Virus record (IMG/VR): IMGVR_UViG_3300045988_100944
From: a virus
DNA: 55,127 bases
Strand: one strand, 5' to 3'
Shown: positions 33,309 through 42,292 of the stretch, in pieces
Numbering within the stretch: position 1 is the first letter of the stretch
Layout of the letters: every line of letters begins with the position of its first letter
Position numbers and translations under genes: made by a program
The notes under the pieces: generated by a model
Database searches by the model: none
What the model was told of the DNA's origin: nothing
What the model saw: only the letters and a program-made list of their open reading frames with translations

Positions 33309-35087
33309 ATGTATCCGGTAACAGCAAAATGGAAAGAGGAAACAGAGCAAACGCTCCGCAATCCTTCTTATGTGAGAATTGTATTTGGCGTGACAGACCC
33401 AGACGCACCCGGCTTGAGTACACAAACAGATAACGGTCATTTGCCGTACAGCGATGTTGACAGCGTGGATGTCGGCACAACCGCCCCATCCACCTATCAG
33501 ACGCTGGAGCGAAACAGATTTATTCTGGACGGAAAGAACCCTCTGCCGCCGGAGAGCAACCCCATCTATCAGGGATATGCAGGATTGACAATCAGCGGTG
33601 ATGCAGGGGCATACACTACAAAGCCGCTTGTGAAAATTTCATTCGGCGATTATGTGCAGTTTCCCGGTTTGACCTTCCAGTTTGATGACAGCATGGGTGA
33701 TTACCCGAACAGCTTTCGGATTCTGGCAAAGAAAGATTCTGTATCTGTATTCGATAAAACCTACTCGCCTGATACTACATATTGGGAAATGACAGACCAA
33801 ATCCCGTTATGCAATGAACTGTCCTTCTATTGGCTGAACTCAAATATACCGCACCGCAGGGCGAGGTTACTTTCCTTGACATACGGCTTGGTCAGCCGAT
33901 TGGGTTCAGATGATATTGCAAGCTGTTCCTCAACGAAGGAGATTGACTTGCTTTCGTCCAAGATTCCAAAGCAGGAATTTGAATTTACGCTGATTGATAC
34001 GCAAAGAAGATATGACCCCGAAAACCCATCGGGCTTATGGGAGTATCTGGAAAGCAGACAGCCTGTCAATTACCAGTACGGCTATGAATTGTCGGACGGC
34101 TCTATTGAGTGGATACCTTGGGGCTTGTCTTATTCTACAGGCGATTTTGATGTATCGAAATCTGGAATTGTGGCAGAGGTCAGCATAAAGTGCGTAGGTC
34201 TGGCAGACCATTTGACAATGACCTATGACGAGGGCGTGTATTCGGCGGCAGGAAGAAGTCTGTTCGACCTTGCGACCGATGTTATGAAGTTTGCGGGATT
34301 TGAGAATACAATCGAACTGGATAATGCGTTGAAAACAATCTACACGCACAATCCCCTTCCGTCCTCCAAAGTGAATGAGTGTTTGCAGCTGATAGCTAAT
34401 GCAGGGCGTTGTATCATGAATCATAGCCGCGGCGGTTATATTCAGATTTTGCGTGAGAATGACAGCGCGACAGGATTTGATATCAACTTTGACAAAATGA
34501 CGGATACGCCGACAACAACGAAGATACCTCCCCTTCGCAACCTGTCTGTGGAGTATAACTCCGTCAAGGTTAACTCGGAGGTAACGGCGGCGGTCAATGC
34601 GGCTGAGGTATCGTCCAACGTGGCGCATGAATACACATTCACTCATTCGGCGTACACGAACCAACAGATTGTATTGAGCAGCGGCTTAACGATGGTCGGT
34701 ACGGCGAAATTCTACGCCTACAAGACCGTTGTAACGCTCAAGGGGACGGGGACAGTCACTATCAATGGGAATAGCCTTACGGAGAATAAAATCGAGTACA
34801 GGAAGAAATACAGTGACGTAGGCGAGGATTTGAGCGGCGTTAGCAATACGCTCATTGACAACCAGACGGACGCTATCGCATACGCAAACTGGGTAGCAGC
34901 GGTTACTCTGCGGCGCAACACTTACAGTGCGCCAGACAGAGGATATCCAGAACTGGACGTTGGAGATTCTGTCAACTTCACAAGCAACTTCGCGAATGAA
35001 ACGCCTGTTACTATGGTTCAGCAGAAATTGACCTACAACGGCGCGATTAAGGGCGAGTGCCAATATATCATTGGGGGTGGTAGTTAA
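33309..35087 (+). CDS. Tail tip / baseplate hub-position protein
   Basis: 592 aa after Dit position. Confidence 0.6.
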   Translation: MYPVTAKWKEETEQTLRNPSYVRIVFGVTDPDAPGLSTQTDNGHLPYSDVDSVDVGTTAPSTYQTLERNRFILDGKNPLPPESNPIYQGYAGLTISGDAGAYTTKPLVKISFGDYVQFPGLTFQFDDSMGDYPNSFRILAKKDSVSVFDKTYSPDTTYWEMTDQIPLCNELSFYWLNSNIPHRRARLLSLTYGLVSRLGSDDIASCSSTKEIDLLSSKIPKQEFEFTLIDTQRRYDPENPSGLWEYLESRQPVNYQYGYELSDGSIEWIPWGLSYSTGDFDVSKSGIVAEVSIKCVGLADHLTMTYDEGVYSAAGRSLFDLATDVMKFAGFENTIELDNALKTIYTHNPLPSSKVNECLQLIANAGRCIMNHSRGGYIQILRENDSATGFDINFDKMTDTPTTTKIPPLRNLSVEYNSVKVNSEVTAAVNAAEVSSNVAHEYTFTHSAYTNQQIVLSSGLTMVGTAKFYAYKTVVTLKGTGTVTINGNSLTENKIEYRKKYSDVGEDLSGVSNTLIDNQTDAIAYANWVAAVTLRRNTYSAPDRGYPELDVGDSVNFTSNFANETPVTMVQQKLTYNGAIKGECQYIIGGGS

Positions 35088-35560
35088 TGGCTTGGATAAC
35101 ACCGATTTTTAACCGAACTGTATCCGACACCGTTACGGCGAGAGCGGCTCAGGCGAACGAGGAAAACAATAAGGGCGCACTGAACTATCAGGACTTGAAC
35201 CGCATTGAGGGCAACCACAAGGAATTGATGCAGTGGCTTGAGAAGGAAGGCTACTACATCCCCAGAACATACAGAAATTACAAGGAGAGTTTCAACGGCA
35301 TAACCTACACTGATTGGCAGGAAGTCAATATACCTTGGCTTTCGGAAATCAACCGTATTCGAGCGAATTATACCGCTCTGGTGCAGTTGTTTTTGGTTGG
35401 ATTGGGATTGCCTGTATTCGGAGAAAGCAATTACCTTGATTGGCAGGAGGTCAACGATTGGGAACGAGTTGCCGCGGTCGGCAAGGAAATGACAGAAAAT
35501 ATGAAGCAGGAATATATCTACTGCGGAACGATGAATAGCGGAGGTGAACGGTTGCTATGA
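35087..35560 (+). CDS. Tail fibre-associated protein
   Basis: ATGG overlap; KGALNYQDLNRIEGN pattern seen in tail-fibre-region proteins (memory). Confidence 0.45.
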   Translation: MAWITPIFNRTVSDTVTARAAQANEENNKGALNYQDLNRIEGNHKELMQWLEKEGYYIPRTYRNYKESFNGITYTDWQEVNIPWLSEINRIRANYTALVQLFLVGLGLPVFGESNYLDWQEVNDWERVAAVGKEMTENMKQEYIYCGTMNSGGERLL

Positions 35561-35934
35561 AGGATTTTTTAGATAGAATCCCAACCCAGGTAGGGCGGAG
35601 AAAAATCACCCATGCGGACGGGACAAGCGAATATGTAACGTTTGAAATGGCGGACGAACCTTCTGTAGAGGGTACGCCATTAAACAGAGAAGCCTTCATG
35701 AACGTGCAGGGATTTTCTAATGAAGACACTACTATCAGCAAATCAGGTAATGTAACCACAGTTACAATAACGCATGGCGATGGTGGTAAAACTGTTACAA
35801 TAATTACAAAGAACTCAAGTACACTAACTACTGTAGTATCTAAGTATACCGGACCCTCAGGTAAAGAAATCACGAAAACTACTACAATAGATACTAGTAG
35901 CTCAGTAACAAGGATTGGAGGTGTTGTATCATGA
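35557..35934 (+). CDS. Tail fibre-region protein, T/S-rich
   Basis: Coupled ORF; TTVTITHGDGGKTVTIITKNSSTLTTVV. Confidence 0.45.
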   Translation: MKDFLDRIPTQVGRRKITHADGTSEYVTFEMADEPSVEGTPLNREAFMNVQGFSNEDTTISKSGNVTTVTITHGDGGKTVTIITKNSSTLTTVVSKYTGPSGKEITKTTTIDTSSSVTRIGGVVS

Positions 35935-36641
35935 GTTGGGATGTAGGTTCATGGGTAATTGACACAGTTAATTCAGTATTAAGTACTCTAATTCAAGCAC
36001 ATGGTACACAGACCTTTACCGAGGATGGCACGTTTACCGTTCCTGCTGGTGTGCATAAGATTTTGATAACGGCGGCGGCTGGTGGTCAGGCAGGAAATAC
36101 CGGAAGAGATTTTGGTAATTCAAGCAAAGTCTATTCCGGAGGGCTTGGTGGAAACGGCGGAGATTGTATTCTTAAAAAAACGTTTAACGTAACGCCGGGG
36201 CAGGAGATTTCAATTATTGTCGGAAAGGGCGGAACAACTTCTGGAGCAATCGGAAGTGCGACTGTGATAGGCTCTTTAGTTACACTGGCAGGCGGCAACA
36301 ATACTAATAATGGTTCTAATAATGGCGGCGGAACTGGTGGAAGAGGAGGCATTTACTGGGGTGGTTCCGGAGATATTTTACTGCCAGTGCCGGGGCAGGA
36401 CGGTTTATTAGGTTCGGGAGGCGGAATTGCTACAATAGGTACAAATTCTGGTTCTGGTAATGCATATGGAGGCGGTGGAGGCGGCTCGATAGGAAATGGC
36501 GGAAATGGAGCGGTTTCTACTAACGTAGAAGAAAATGTAGGCGTGAATGGCACTATGGGTGGCGGTGGTGGTGGCGCGCACAACCATGGCGGCTCAGCAT
36601 TTGGCAAAGGCGGAGATGGTATTGTAATTATCGAATGGTGA
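35931..36641 (+). CDS. Glycine-rich tail fibre/receptor-binding candidate
   Basis: GGLGGNGG, GGGTGGRGG, GGGGGSIGNGGNG runs. Confidence 0.6.
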   Translation: MSWDVGSWVIDTVNSVLSTLIQAHGTQTFTEDGTFTVPAGVHKILITAAAGGQAGNTGRDFGNSSKVYSGGLGGNGGDCILKKTFNVTPGQEISIIVGKGGTTSGAIGSATVIGSLVTLAGGNNTNNGSNNGGGTGGRGGIYWGGSGDILLPVPGQDGLLGSGGGIATIGTNSGSGNAYGGGGGGSIGNGGNGAVSTNVEENVGVNGTMGGGGGGAHNHGGSAFGKGGDGIVIIEW

Positions 36642-36656
36642 GGAGGAGTGGAAAAA

Positions 36657-36971
36657 ATGAAAAACTATGCAATGATTTTACAAAACAGAGTGATTGACGT
36701 TCTGAAAGACAGGGAAACAGAACCCTACTATCCACCTGACCCATCGGGCAATCCTGTGACCGCCATTCCTTGTGACGATACGGTTACGCTTGGCATGATT
36801 TATGATTCTGAAACAGGCACGTTTTCGGAATACACACCACCAGAACCCATGCCAGAACCAAAACCCTCCCAGCTTGACCGTATTGAGGAGCAGTTAAACG
36901 CCCTTACTGCGGACAGCGTGACAATAGAGAAATTAAATGCGGCAATCAGTGAAGGGGTGAATGAGGTATGA
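36657..36971 (+). CDS. Hypothetical tail-region protein
   Basis: ORF track 36648..36971; ATG 36657 preferred. Confidence 0.45.
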   Translation: MKNYAMILQNRVIDVLKDRETEPYYPPDPSGNPVTAIPCDDTVTLGMIYDSETGTFSEYTPPEPMPEPKPSQLDRIEEQLNALTADSVTIEKLNAAISEGVNEV

Positions 36972-37399
36972 TGGAAACGATTAAGCACATGGCGAAGCTG
37001 GCGGCGCAGGCGGTGCAGGAGAAAGCGGACACTATGACAGGAACGGAATTAAACGCTGAGGACAGGTTTATTCCTGATTTTCAGACAGCGAAAGAAAAAG
37101 AAAATATGCTCAATCGCCCTGTCGGGTTTGTCTGTAAGAGTACCGCAGAGCGCGTGGTAAAGCTGCTACAGAAATATGACAGCACCATTTACACCGCCGA
37201 ACCCGAGGAATTGCCTGCACAGTGGGGTTTTGTATGGAGTGATGACCCTGCGAAGGCAAAGCCCTTTATCTCGCTGGCAACCAGCCCCTACGCGAAGGGG
37301 GACTGTTGCACGGAGAATGGCGTTTGCTATCGCTCGACCATCGATAACAATACTTGGAAGCCCTCGGAATACCAGCAGGGCTGGGAGAAAGTAGGTTGA
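36968..37399 (+). CDS. Protein with CBM5/12-like carbohydrate-binding C-terminus
   Basis: YAKGDCCTENGVCYRSTIDNNTWKPSEYQQGWEKV aromatic pattern. Confidence 0.45.
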   Translation: MMETIKHMAKLAAQAVQEKADTMTGTELNAEDRFIPDFQTAKEKENMLNRPVGFVCKSTAERVVKLLQKYDSTIYTAEPEELPAQWGFVWSDDPAKAKPFISLATSPYAKGDCCTENGVCYRSTIDNNTWKPSEYQQGWEKVG

Positions 37400-37403
37400 T
37401 CGT

Positions 37404-37697
37404 ATGGCAAGAAAAATGGAAACGAGCAAGAAACTTGTTTACATATCTGATTTTGTAGCAATCTGCCTGAGTGCGGCGGTTATATATGGTACTTTCGTCA
37501 CAGAGAAAGATATATCTCCGCTGGCACAGGTGGCGGTTGCATCAATTACAGAGTGTGGCGTTGCAAACGGTTTCTACTATTGGAAATCGAAAAATGAAAA
37601 CAGGTACAAATATGTTATCAAGTTGATTCGTGAATGGGCTGAAAAATACGGCATTGAAGCCGTTATCCGTATTGCTGATATTGTATTGAAAGAATGA
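37404..37697 (+). CDS. Holin candidate (2 TM)
   Basis: LVYISDFVAICLSAAVIYGTF and LAQVAVASITECGVANGFYYW; upstream of lysin. Confidence 0.55.
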   Translation: MARKMETSKKLVYISDFVAICLSAAVIYGTFVTEKDISPLAQVAVASITECGVANGFYYWKSKNENRYKYVIKLIREWAEKYGIEAVIRIADIVLKE

Positions 37698-37712
37698 AAG
37701 GAGATGTAGAAA

Positions 37713-38066
37713 GTGGGTAAGATTACATTCTTAATGGAAAACTGGTATTTGGTGGTTGCGCTGATGGCGGTCACAGGGATGGTCGGTGTATTTATCGGGC
37801 GTTTTCTGAAAATGCCGACAGCGGCACAGAGAGAAAAAGTAAAAGAATGGTTGCTGTGGGCGGTCACACAGGCAGAAGCAGAGTTGGGGAGCGGAACAGG
37901 CAAGCTGAAATTGCGGCAGACCTATGATTTATTCGTGCAGAGATTCCCTGCGGTTGCTATGGCGGTATCATTTGACACCTTCTCTATGTGGGTGGATGAA
38001 GCACTGGAAGAAATGCGAAAAATGCTGAAAGAAAACAAGGCAGTCAAAGAGATTGTAAAGGGATGA
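37713..38066 (+). CDS. Holin, LL-H-like family
   Basis: N-terminal TM WYLVVALMAVTGMVGVFIG then ...AEAELGSGTGKLKL. Confidence 0.6.
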   Translation: MGKITFLMENWYLVVALMAVTGMVGVFIGRFLKMPTAAQREKVKEWLLWAVTQAEAELGSGTGKLKLRQTYDLFVQRFPAVAMAVSFDTFSMWVDEALEEMRKMLKENKAVKEIVKG

Positions 38067-38070
38067 TTAT

Positions 38071-38703
38071 ATGGCGAAAAAGATGACGGGCAAAGAACTG
38101 GTAGCCTTTTGCCGTTCTAAAATCGGCACGAATTATGTTTATGGTATGAAAGGCTCTGTAATGACAGAAGCCAACTACAACTATCTGAAAAACAAATACG
38201 GTAAGATGGTATGGAATAGTGACAGAAAGAAAATCGGGAAGGTCTGCGTAGACTGCTCTGGTCTGATTTCATGGGCGTGTGGCGTAAAACTCGGCAGTAC
38301 CCAATGGAAAGAACGAGCAAAAAGCGTCAATCCGATATCAACCATCGAAAAAGCACCCATCGGGGCGTTAGTCTGGATGCAGGGGCATATCGGGGTATAC
38401 ACAGGCATGAAGAACGGCTACCCCTACTACATAGCTGCTGACGGCTCTGCTTACGGCGTGCGAGAAGTCCCCCTGCGGTGCAATAAATTCACGCACTGGT
38501 TGCTTGTAAATGATGTTTTCGACTACGGAACGGAGGATGAAGAAGTGGTAGAGAAGTGCAAGATTATCATTGATGGAAAGGAACACGAAACAGAACGCAT
38601 TTTGAAGGATGGCACTAACTATATCAAGATTCGGGATGTGGCAGACGCTATCGGCTACAACATCACAAGCAAGGGCAGTATTGCGGTGCTGACGAAAAAA
38701 TAA
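38071..38703 (+). CDS. Endolysin: NlpC/P60 peptidase + copper-amine-oxidase-N-like wall-binding domain
   Basis: CVDCSGLISWACG ... GHIGVYTG catalytic Cys/His; C-terminal KIIIDGKEHETERILKDGTNYIKIRDVADAIGYNI. Confidence 0.85.
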   Translation: MAKKMTGKELVAFCRSKIGTNYVYGMKGSVMTEANYNYLKNKYGKMVWNSDRKKIGKVCVDCSGLISWACGVKLGSTQWKERAKSVNPISTIEKAPIGALVWMQGHIGVYTGMKNGYPYYIAADGSAYGVREVPLRCNKFTHWLLVNDVFDYGTEDEEVVEKCKIIIDGKEHETERILKDGTNYIKIRDVADAIGYNITSKGSIAVLTKK

Positions 38704-38782
38704 CCATTTACTTTGGTTCACGAAAATGGTATAATAACAGTACACCCTTTCGTAAATGTCAATCATAAGCTACGCAAAAATC

Positions 38783-38817
38783 GGGAGTATATCAATTTCG
38801 GTATACTCCCTTTTTTT
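38783..38817. terminator. Bidirectional terminator between lysis cassette and accessory operon
   Basis: GGGAGTATA/TATACTCCC stem flanked by AAAAA and TTTTTTT. Confidence 0.8.
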
Positions 38818-39136
38818 ATGCTGTTTTCCGAATTTCCCCGACCATCATATCTACCATATCGAAAACTTCATCCCCATAAGTAGCCACGAAGTCACATAAA
38901 AATTCCTCCTGTTCCAATGGGATATGTATGTTATAGGACATACAGACTGCGTGGCATAATTCGTGTATCAGTACCTTCCTCTTAAAGCCGCCTACAAGCC
39001 GATTTGAAAGGCAAATACAGTGAGTAGTGTTATCGGTCACGCCGGCCGTAAAACTCCCGTCAGAGCGGCGCAGGCAGTCTGAGGATGGCGCAACCGAAAC
39101 AACACTCCATTTCACGCAATTTATCTCGAATACCAT
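38816..39136 (-). CDS. Accessory operon gene H: HExxH (ImmA/IrrE-like) metallopeptidase
   Basis: Trimmed to MVFEINC behind GGGGGTGA; VLIHELCHAVCMSYN. Confidence 0.6.
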   Translation of the reverse strand: MVFEINCVKWSVVSVAPSSDCLRRSDGSFTAGVTDNTTHCICLSNRLVGGFKRKVLIHELCHAVCMSYNIHIPLEQEEFLCDFVATYGDEVFDMVDMMVGEIRKTA

Positions 39137-39192
39137 TCCATCACCCCCGATTAAAAAAGATAGGGGCAAGATAACCCCTATCCTATTTTGCA

Positions 39193-39855
39193 TCAGCCGA
39201 TTTTCTGCAACAGTGTTGTCATTTTGGCTTTCAACAGAGTACGTTCTTCTGGTGTCATATCCGAAAGAATCTCTGTCACATCACCAGAAAGCTCTTTCAT
39301 GTATGCTTCAAGGTCGCGCATCTTCTGCTCTTTATCAGCCTGTGAATTGCCCCTGTGCATTTCCTTACTTTCTGTATAGTGGCGTTTCGCTTTATCGTAG
39401 CCGCTCATCATGGGTTCGGTGTAGTACATTCTGCCGCCCATACGGTCTAAATCCCTGCCCCGCTCTGCTTCACTCTTGCTATCCCATTCGTGATACATAT
39501 CGGGTGTCTGGAAGTAGTAAGGCGGTTCTGTATATCCTCTGCGTGTTCCTCTGCCCTTTGGTGCAAATCGACCGTCAGCGTATCTGTAATGGTCGTAGAA
39601 ACGCCTGTCTCCGTCCTCGTAGTATTCGGATTTCAACCGCCTAAGGATTTCCTTATCTTCTTCTTCGTCCTCTTTCTCTGCTTTCTGCATAGCTTTTGTA
39701 ATGACCGCTTTATATTCGGCATCGTTTAAGTCTTTAATCATGTCAACAACCTGTCCCATTTCGGCGGTATCAACACATTCCAGACCGCTTTCCATTTCGG
39801 ACCATGCCTTTTCGCAAAGACACTCAATCATTTTGTGCATTCTCTCAATGTGCAT
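39193..39855 (-). CDS. Accessory operon gene G: highly charged R/Y/E/D-rich protein
   Basis: 220 aa; GGAGGTG RBS; no recognisable family. Confidence 0.7.
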   Translation of the reverse strand: MHIERMHKMIECLCEKAWSEMESGLECVDTAEMGQVVDMIKDLNDAEYKAVITKAMQKAEKEDEEEDKEILRRLKSEYYEDGDRRFYDHYRYADGRFAPKGRGTRRGYTEPPYYFQTPDMYHEWDSKSEAERGRDLDRMGGRMYYTEPMMSGYDKAKRHYTESKEMHRGNSQADKEQKMRDLEAYMKELSGDVTEILSDMTPEERTLLKAKMTTLLQKIG

Positions 39856-39858
39856 AAA

Positions 39859-40263
39859 TTATTCACCTCCGCCAGTTGTTGCAGGGGCACTTTCTCCGTT
39901 GATAGCAGATAACCTGTTATCGGGAGTACAGCAAGTTTCCCCTATCATTCTGAAAAATCCAGAATTGTTCGTTGTCTCAACTACGGTTTTGTATCTGGTT
40001 CTTGTTCTCAAGCCAGATGCCACAACCTGTCTGCAATTACGTTTCATAAGCGGATACTGAACAGCCCCACCGCCAATCGTAATAAAAACAGGAGCATTGA
40101 TTGTAGTGGTATCGGGGATTTTCTGTGCCACCACAATACAAACTTTTCGGCAGTCGGCATAACTGCCTGCGGGTAAATCTATAATCAGATTTCCACCTGT
40201 AAAATTCACTGACTGCGACATAATGAAATTATCGCAAAGTCGGCACACATTCTTACAAGCCAT
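39859..40263 (-). CDS. Accessory operon gene F: beta-rich Cys-bearing protein
   Basis: 134 aa; AGGAGGTG RBS; CKNVCRLC N-terminus, CC near C-terminus. Confidence 0.7.
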   Translation of the reverse strand: MACKNVCRLCDNFIMSQSVNFTGGNLIIDLPAGSYADCRKVCIVVAQKIPDTTTINAPVFITIGGGAVQYPLMKRNCRQVVASGLRTRTRYKTVVETTNNSGFFRMIGETCCTPDNRLSAINGESAPATTGGGE

Positions 40264-40316
40264 AAAATAACACCTCCTAAAAAATTAAGGGTAGACTTCT
40301 GCCTACCCTCTTTGTA

Positions 40317-40535
40317 TCAACCACTGCGGGCGAAGTCTGATTTAATATCAGATAGCATTTTTAGTATTTCCTTCTGGTCTTTCATTATCTTATCCAGATA
40401 ATATCCATCCTGCCTATGCAATTCTTTCAGTAGCGTATCATTCGATACCTGTTGGCAAGTCACAAGCTGCAAAAACACAGACAGGATGGTAAGCATATCT
40501 AAATAAGATAACCCTTTATTTTGATTGTCTGTCAT
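40317..40535 (-). CDS. Accessory operon gene E: TM + coiled-coil small protein (BhlA/UviB-like architecture)
   Basis: ATG in TGATG overlap with gene D stop; LSYLDMLTILSVFLQLVTC then helix. Confidence 0.55.
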   Translation of the reverse strand: MTDNQNKGLSYLDMLTILSVFLQLVTCQQVSNDTLLKELHRQDGYYLDKIMKDQKEILKMLSDIKSDFARSG

Positions 40536-41323
40536 CAGCAACCACAACCGCAACCGTTACCATATCCAGAATAAGGATAAGGGGCAGGAACGTTATACGC
40601 AGGTACAGGCATAGGGTTGATTCTTCTAATCAATTCCGCTGTCTGTGCCTCCTGATTTGCTGTAATGTATGCGTTCTGTGCGGACTGGGATGCAGCAAGC
40701 TCCAGCTTCTGAACCTTGTCTCTCAAATCCGCATTTTCCTTAGCACACAGGTAGTCGAGGATTGCTCTTGTTCCTGCGTTCTGGTTGTCGATAATGTCTC
40801 TGGTGTTTGTGTTCATTGTGTTCTGCAATGCACACGTATCCTGAGCCATATCGTATCTTGCCTGAGCGATTGCTTCTCTGTTCTGACAGCAGCAATCCGC
40901 AAGCTGTTCCTGTAATGCGTTCTGGCTCTGCATCAGAGCAACATTAGTTGTATTGAACCCCTGCTGTGTCTGGTATCCAAAATTGCAGATAGCATTATCA
41001 ACGCTATGGAAACCGTTCATCAAGGTTGTGTTCTGTGCATAGAAACCATCACACATACCGTCGGAAATACCGTCCAGTTTGCCAATGATAGACTGTGTAT
41101 CGAAGCCTCTCTGAATATCCGCCTGTGTGGCTGCCGTTGCTACATAGCCGCCACCATTACCGCCGAAACCGCCGAAACCGTTATTACCCCATCCAAAAAG
41201 CAAGGCAAAAACTACGATTATCCACAGCCAGCCGCCATCGCTGAACGCACCGTCATTGCCATAACCGCCAGTTGCCGGCATTACAGGCATAGTAAAAGGT
41301 GTATTGTTTGTAGAGTTGAACAT
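40535..41323 (-). CDS. Accessory operon gene D: Gly-rich/TM (YjcZ-like segment) protein with N/Q-rich Cys-containing ectodomain and GCGCGC tail
   Basis: Trimmed to MFNSTNN behind AAAGGAGG; GGWLWIIVVFALLFGWGNNGFGGFGGNGGG. Confidence 0.7.
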   Translation of the reverse strand: MFNSTNNTPFTMPVMPATGGYGNDGAFSDGGWLWIIVVFALLFGWGNNGFGGFGGNGGGYVATAATQADIQRGFDTQSIIGKLDGISDGMCDGFYAQNTTLMNGFHSVDNAICNFGYQTQQGFNTTNVALMQSQNALQEQLADCCCQNREAIAQARYDMAQDTCALQNTMNTNTRDIIDNQNAGTRAILDYLCAKENADLRDKVQKLELAASQSAQNAYITANQEAQTAELIRRINPMPVPAYNVPAPYPYSGYGNGCGCGC

Positions 41324-41397
41324 ATTAGATTCCTCCTTTTGAATTTTTTTCATAAAGAGGCACCTAGGTTTTTTGCGCGCAAACCTCTAATATGCGA

Positions 41398-41628
41398 TTA
41401 CATACCAAACTTGTTTTTTATTTGTTGCATTATTTCGTCAGGGTTTACCCCTTTCTCTTTGCAGAGGTTTCTTGCCATCTGCTCTACGCCTTTGGCATCC
41501 CCCTTCTGCATCATATCAATGGCATTTTTCGCCATAGGGTTTCCCATCACTTGACTATTGTTCATCATGCTCTGTAAAAATTGTTGCGGGTTTCTTATAC
41601 CGCCAAGGAGTTGAAATAAATTCTTCAT
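41398..41628 (-). CDS. Accessory operon gene C: M/Q/N-rich helical protein
   Basis: 76 aa; ATGA overlap with gene B stop. Confidence 0.6.
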   Translation of the reverse strand: MKNLFQLLGGIRNPQQFLQSMMNNSQVMGNPMAKNAIDMMQKGDAKGVEQMARNLCKEKGVNPDEIMQQIKNKFGM

Positions 41629-42134
41629 TCTGCATCCGCCTTTCTTTTGGTCGATTGTGTACTGGATTTTGAAGCGGTTTTATTTACGGAGAGTTCCAAC
41701 TGTTCTAATCTTTCAGACAGTTCATCAAATCTATCCATGAAAGCTGTAACCGTACCTTCCGACAGTTCAAATTTGAGATTTTCTTGAATCTGAGCCGAAT
41801 TTTGAGGTGCAGTCTCATTTACTGGCTTGAAAGTTACGGTTTTAATCGTTCCGTCAGCGTTCCAAGACTTAGCAAATATTGCACTCATATCCTGCATCGG
41901 AAAGAACGCCGCCGAACCATCCATAGGCACATCATTTGCCGTTATCATTTCCACAGACTGCACCACGCGCCCATTTACGCCACGCGGCATCTGCTGTTGA
42001 AGCTGATTTACTGGCTGCACCTGTTCTATCTGCGGTTGCTGCATCCGCGTCTGTTGAAAGTATGGATTGTACCCATACTGCGGATATGCTTGCTGGATAT
42101 TATAGTTCATGCTCTGATAAGGATTTGGTTGCAT
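41625..42134 (-). CDS. Accessory operon gene B: Q/N/P/Y-rich low-complexity head + folded domain + coiled coil
   Basis: MQPNPYQSMNYNIQQAYPQYGYNPYFQQTRMQQPQIEQVQPVNQLQQQ; GAAGGAGGG RBS. Confidence 0.7.
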   Translation of the reverse strand: MQPNPYQSMNYNIQQAYPQYGYNPYFQQTRMQQPQIEQVQPVNQLQQQMPRGVNGRVVQSVEMITANDVPMDGSAAFFPMQDMSAIFAKSWNADGTIKTVTFKPVNETAPQNSAQIQENLKFELSEGTVTAFMDRFDELSERLEQLELSVNKTASKSSTQSTKRKADAE

Positions 42135-42264
42135 AGTCGATTCCCTCCTTCTCTAAAACCTCCTGCACCGCCCGAACCATAACGGACTGATAAGTAAGAG
42201 GTATCTTCATTACATCTTCACGACTGAAAATTTTTTCCAATACTTCATCCGAAAACATTTCCAT
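42100..42264 (-). CDS. Accessory operon gene A: 54-aa acidic helical protein
   Basis: ORF track 42100..42315 trimmed to MEMFSDE behind TAAGGAGG. Confidence 0.5.
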   Translation of the reverse strand: MEMFSDEVLEKIFSREDVMKIPLTYQSVMVRAVQEVLEKEGIDYATKSLSEHEL

Positions 42265-42292
42265 CAGCCTCCTTATAAATATATTTTCGCAT

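Noticed and set aside
34035-34664. 209-aa minus-strand ORF (similarly 34686-35102)
   Set aside because: It is antisense inside the 592-aa tail gene. The translation is Arg/Cys-rich junk with no RBS.
36131-36607. Pro-rich minus-strand ORFs
   Set aside because: They are the complement of GGN codons of the glycine-rich tail protein, so they are shadow frames.
39027-39644. 205-aa plus-strand ORF (similarly 41006-41554 and 49074-49637)
   Set aside because: They are antisense to well-supported minus-strand genes that have RBSs and coupling. Their translations are Ser/Cys/Leu-rich with no family resemblance.
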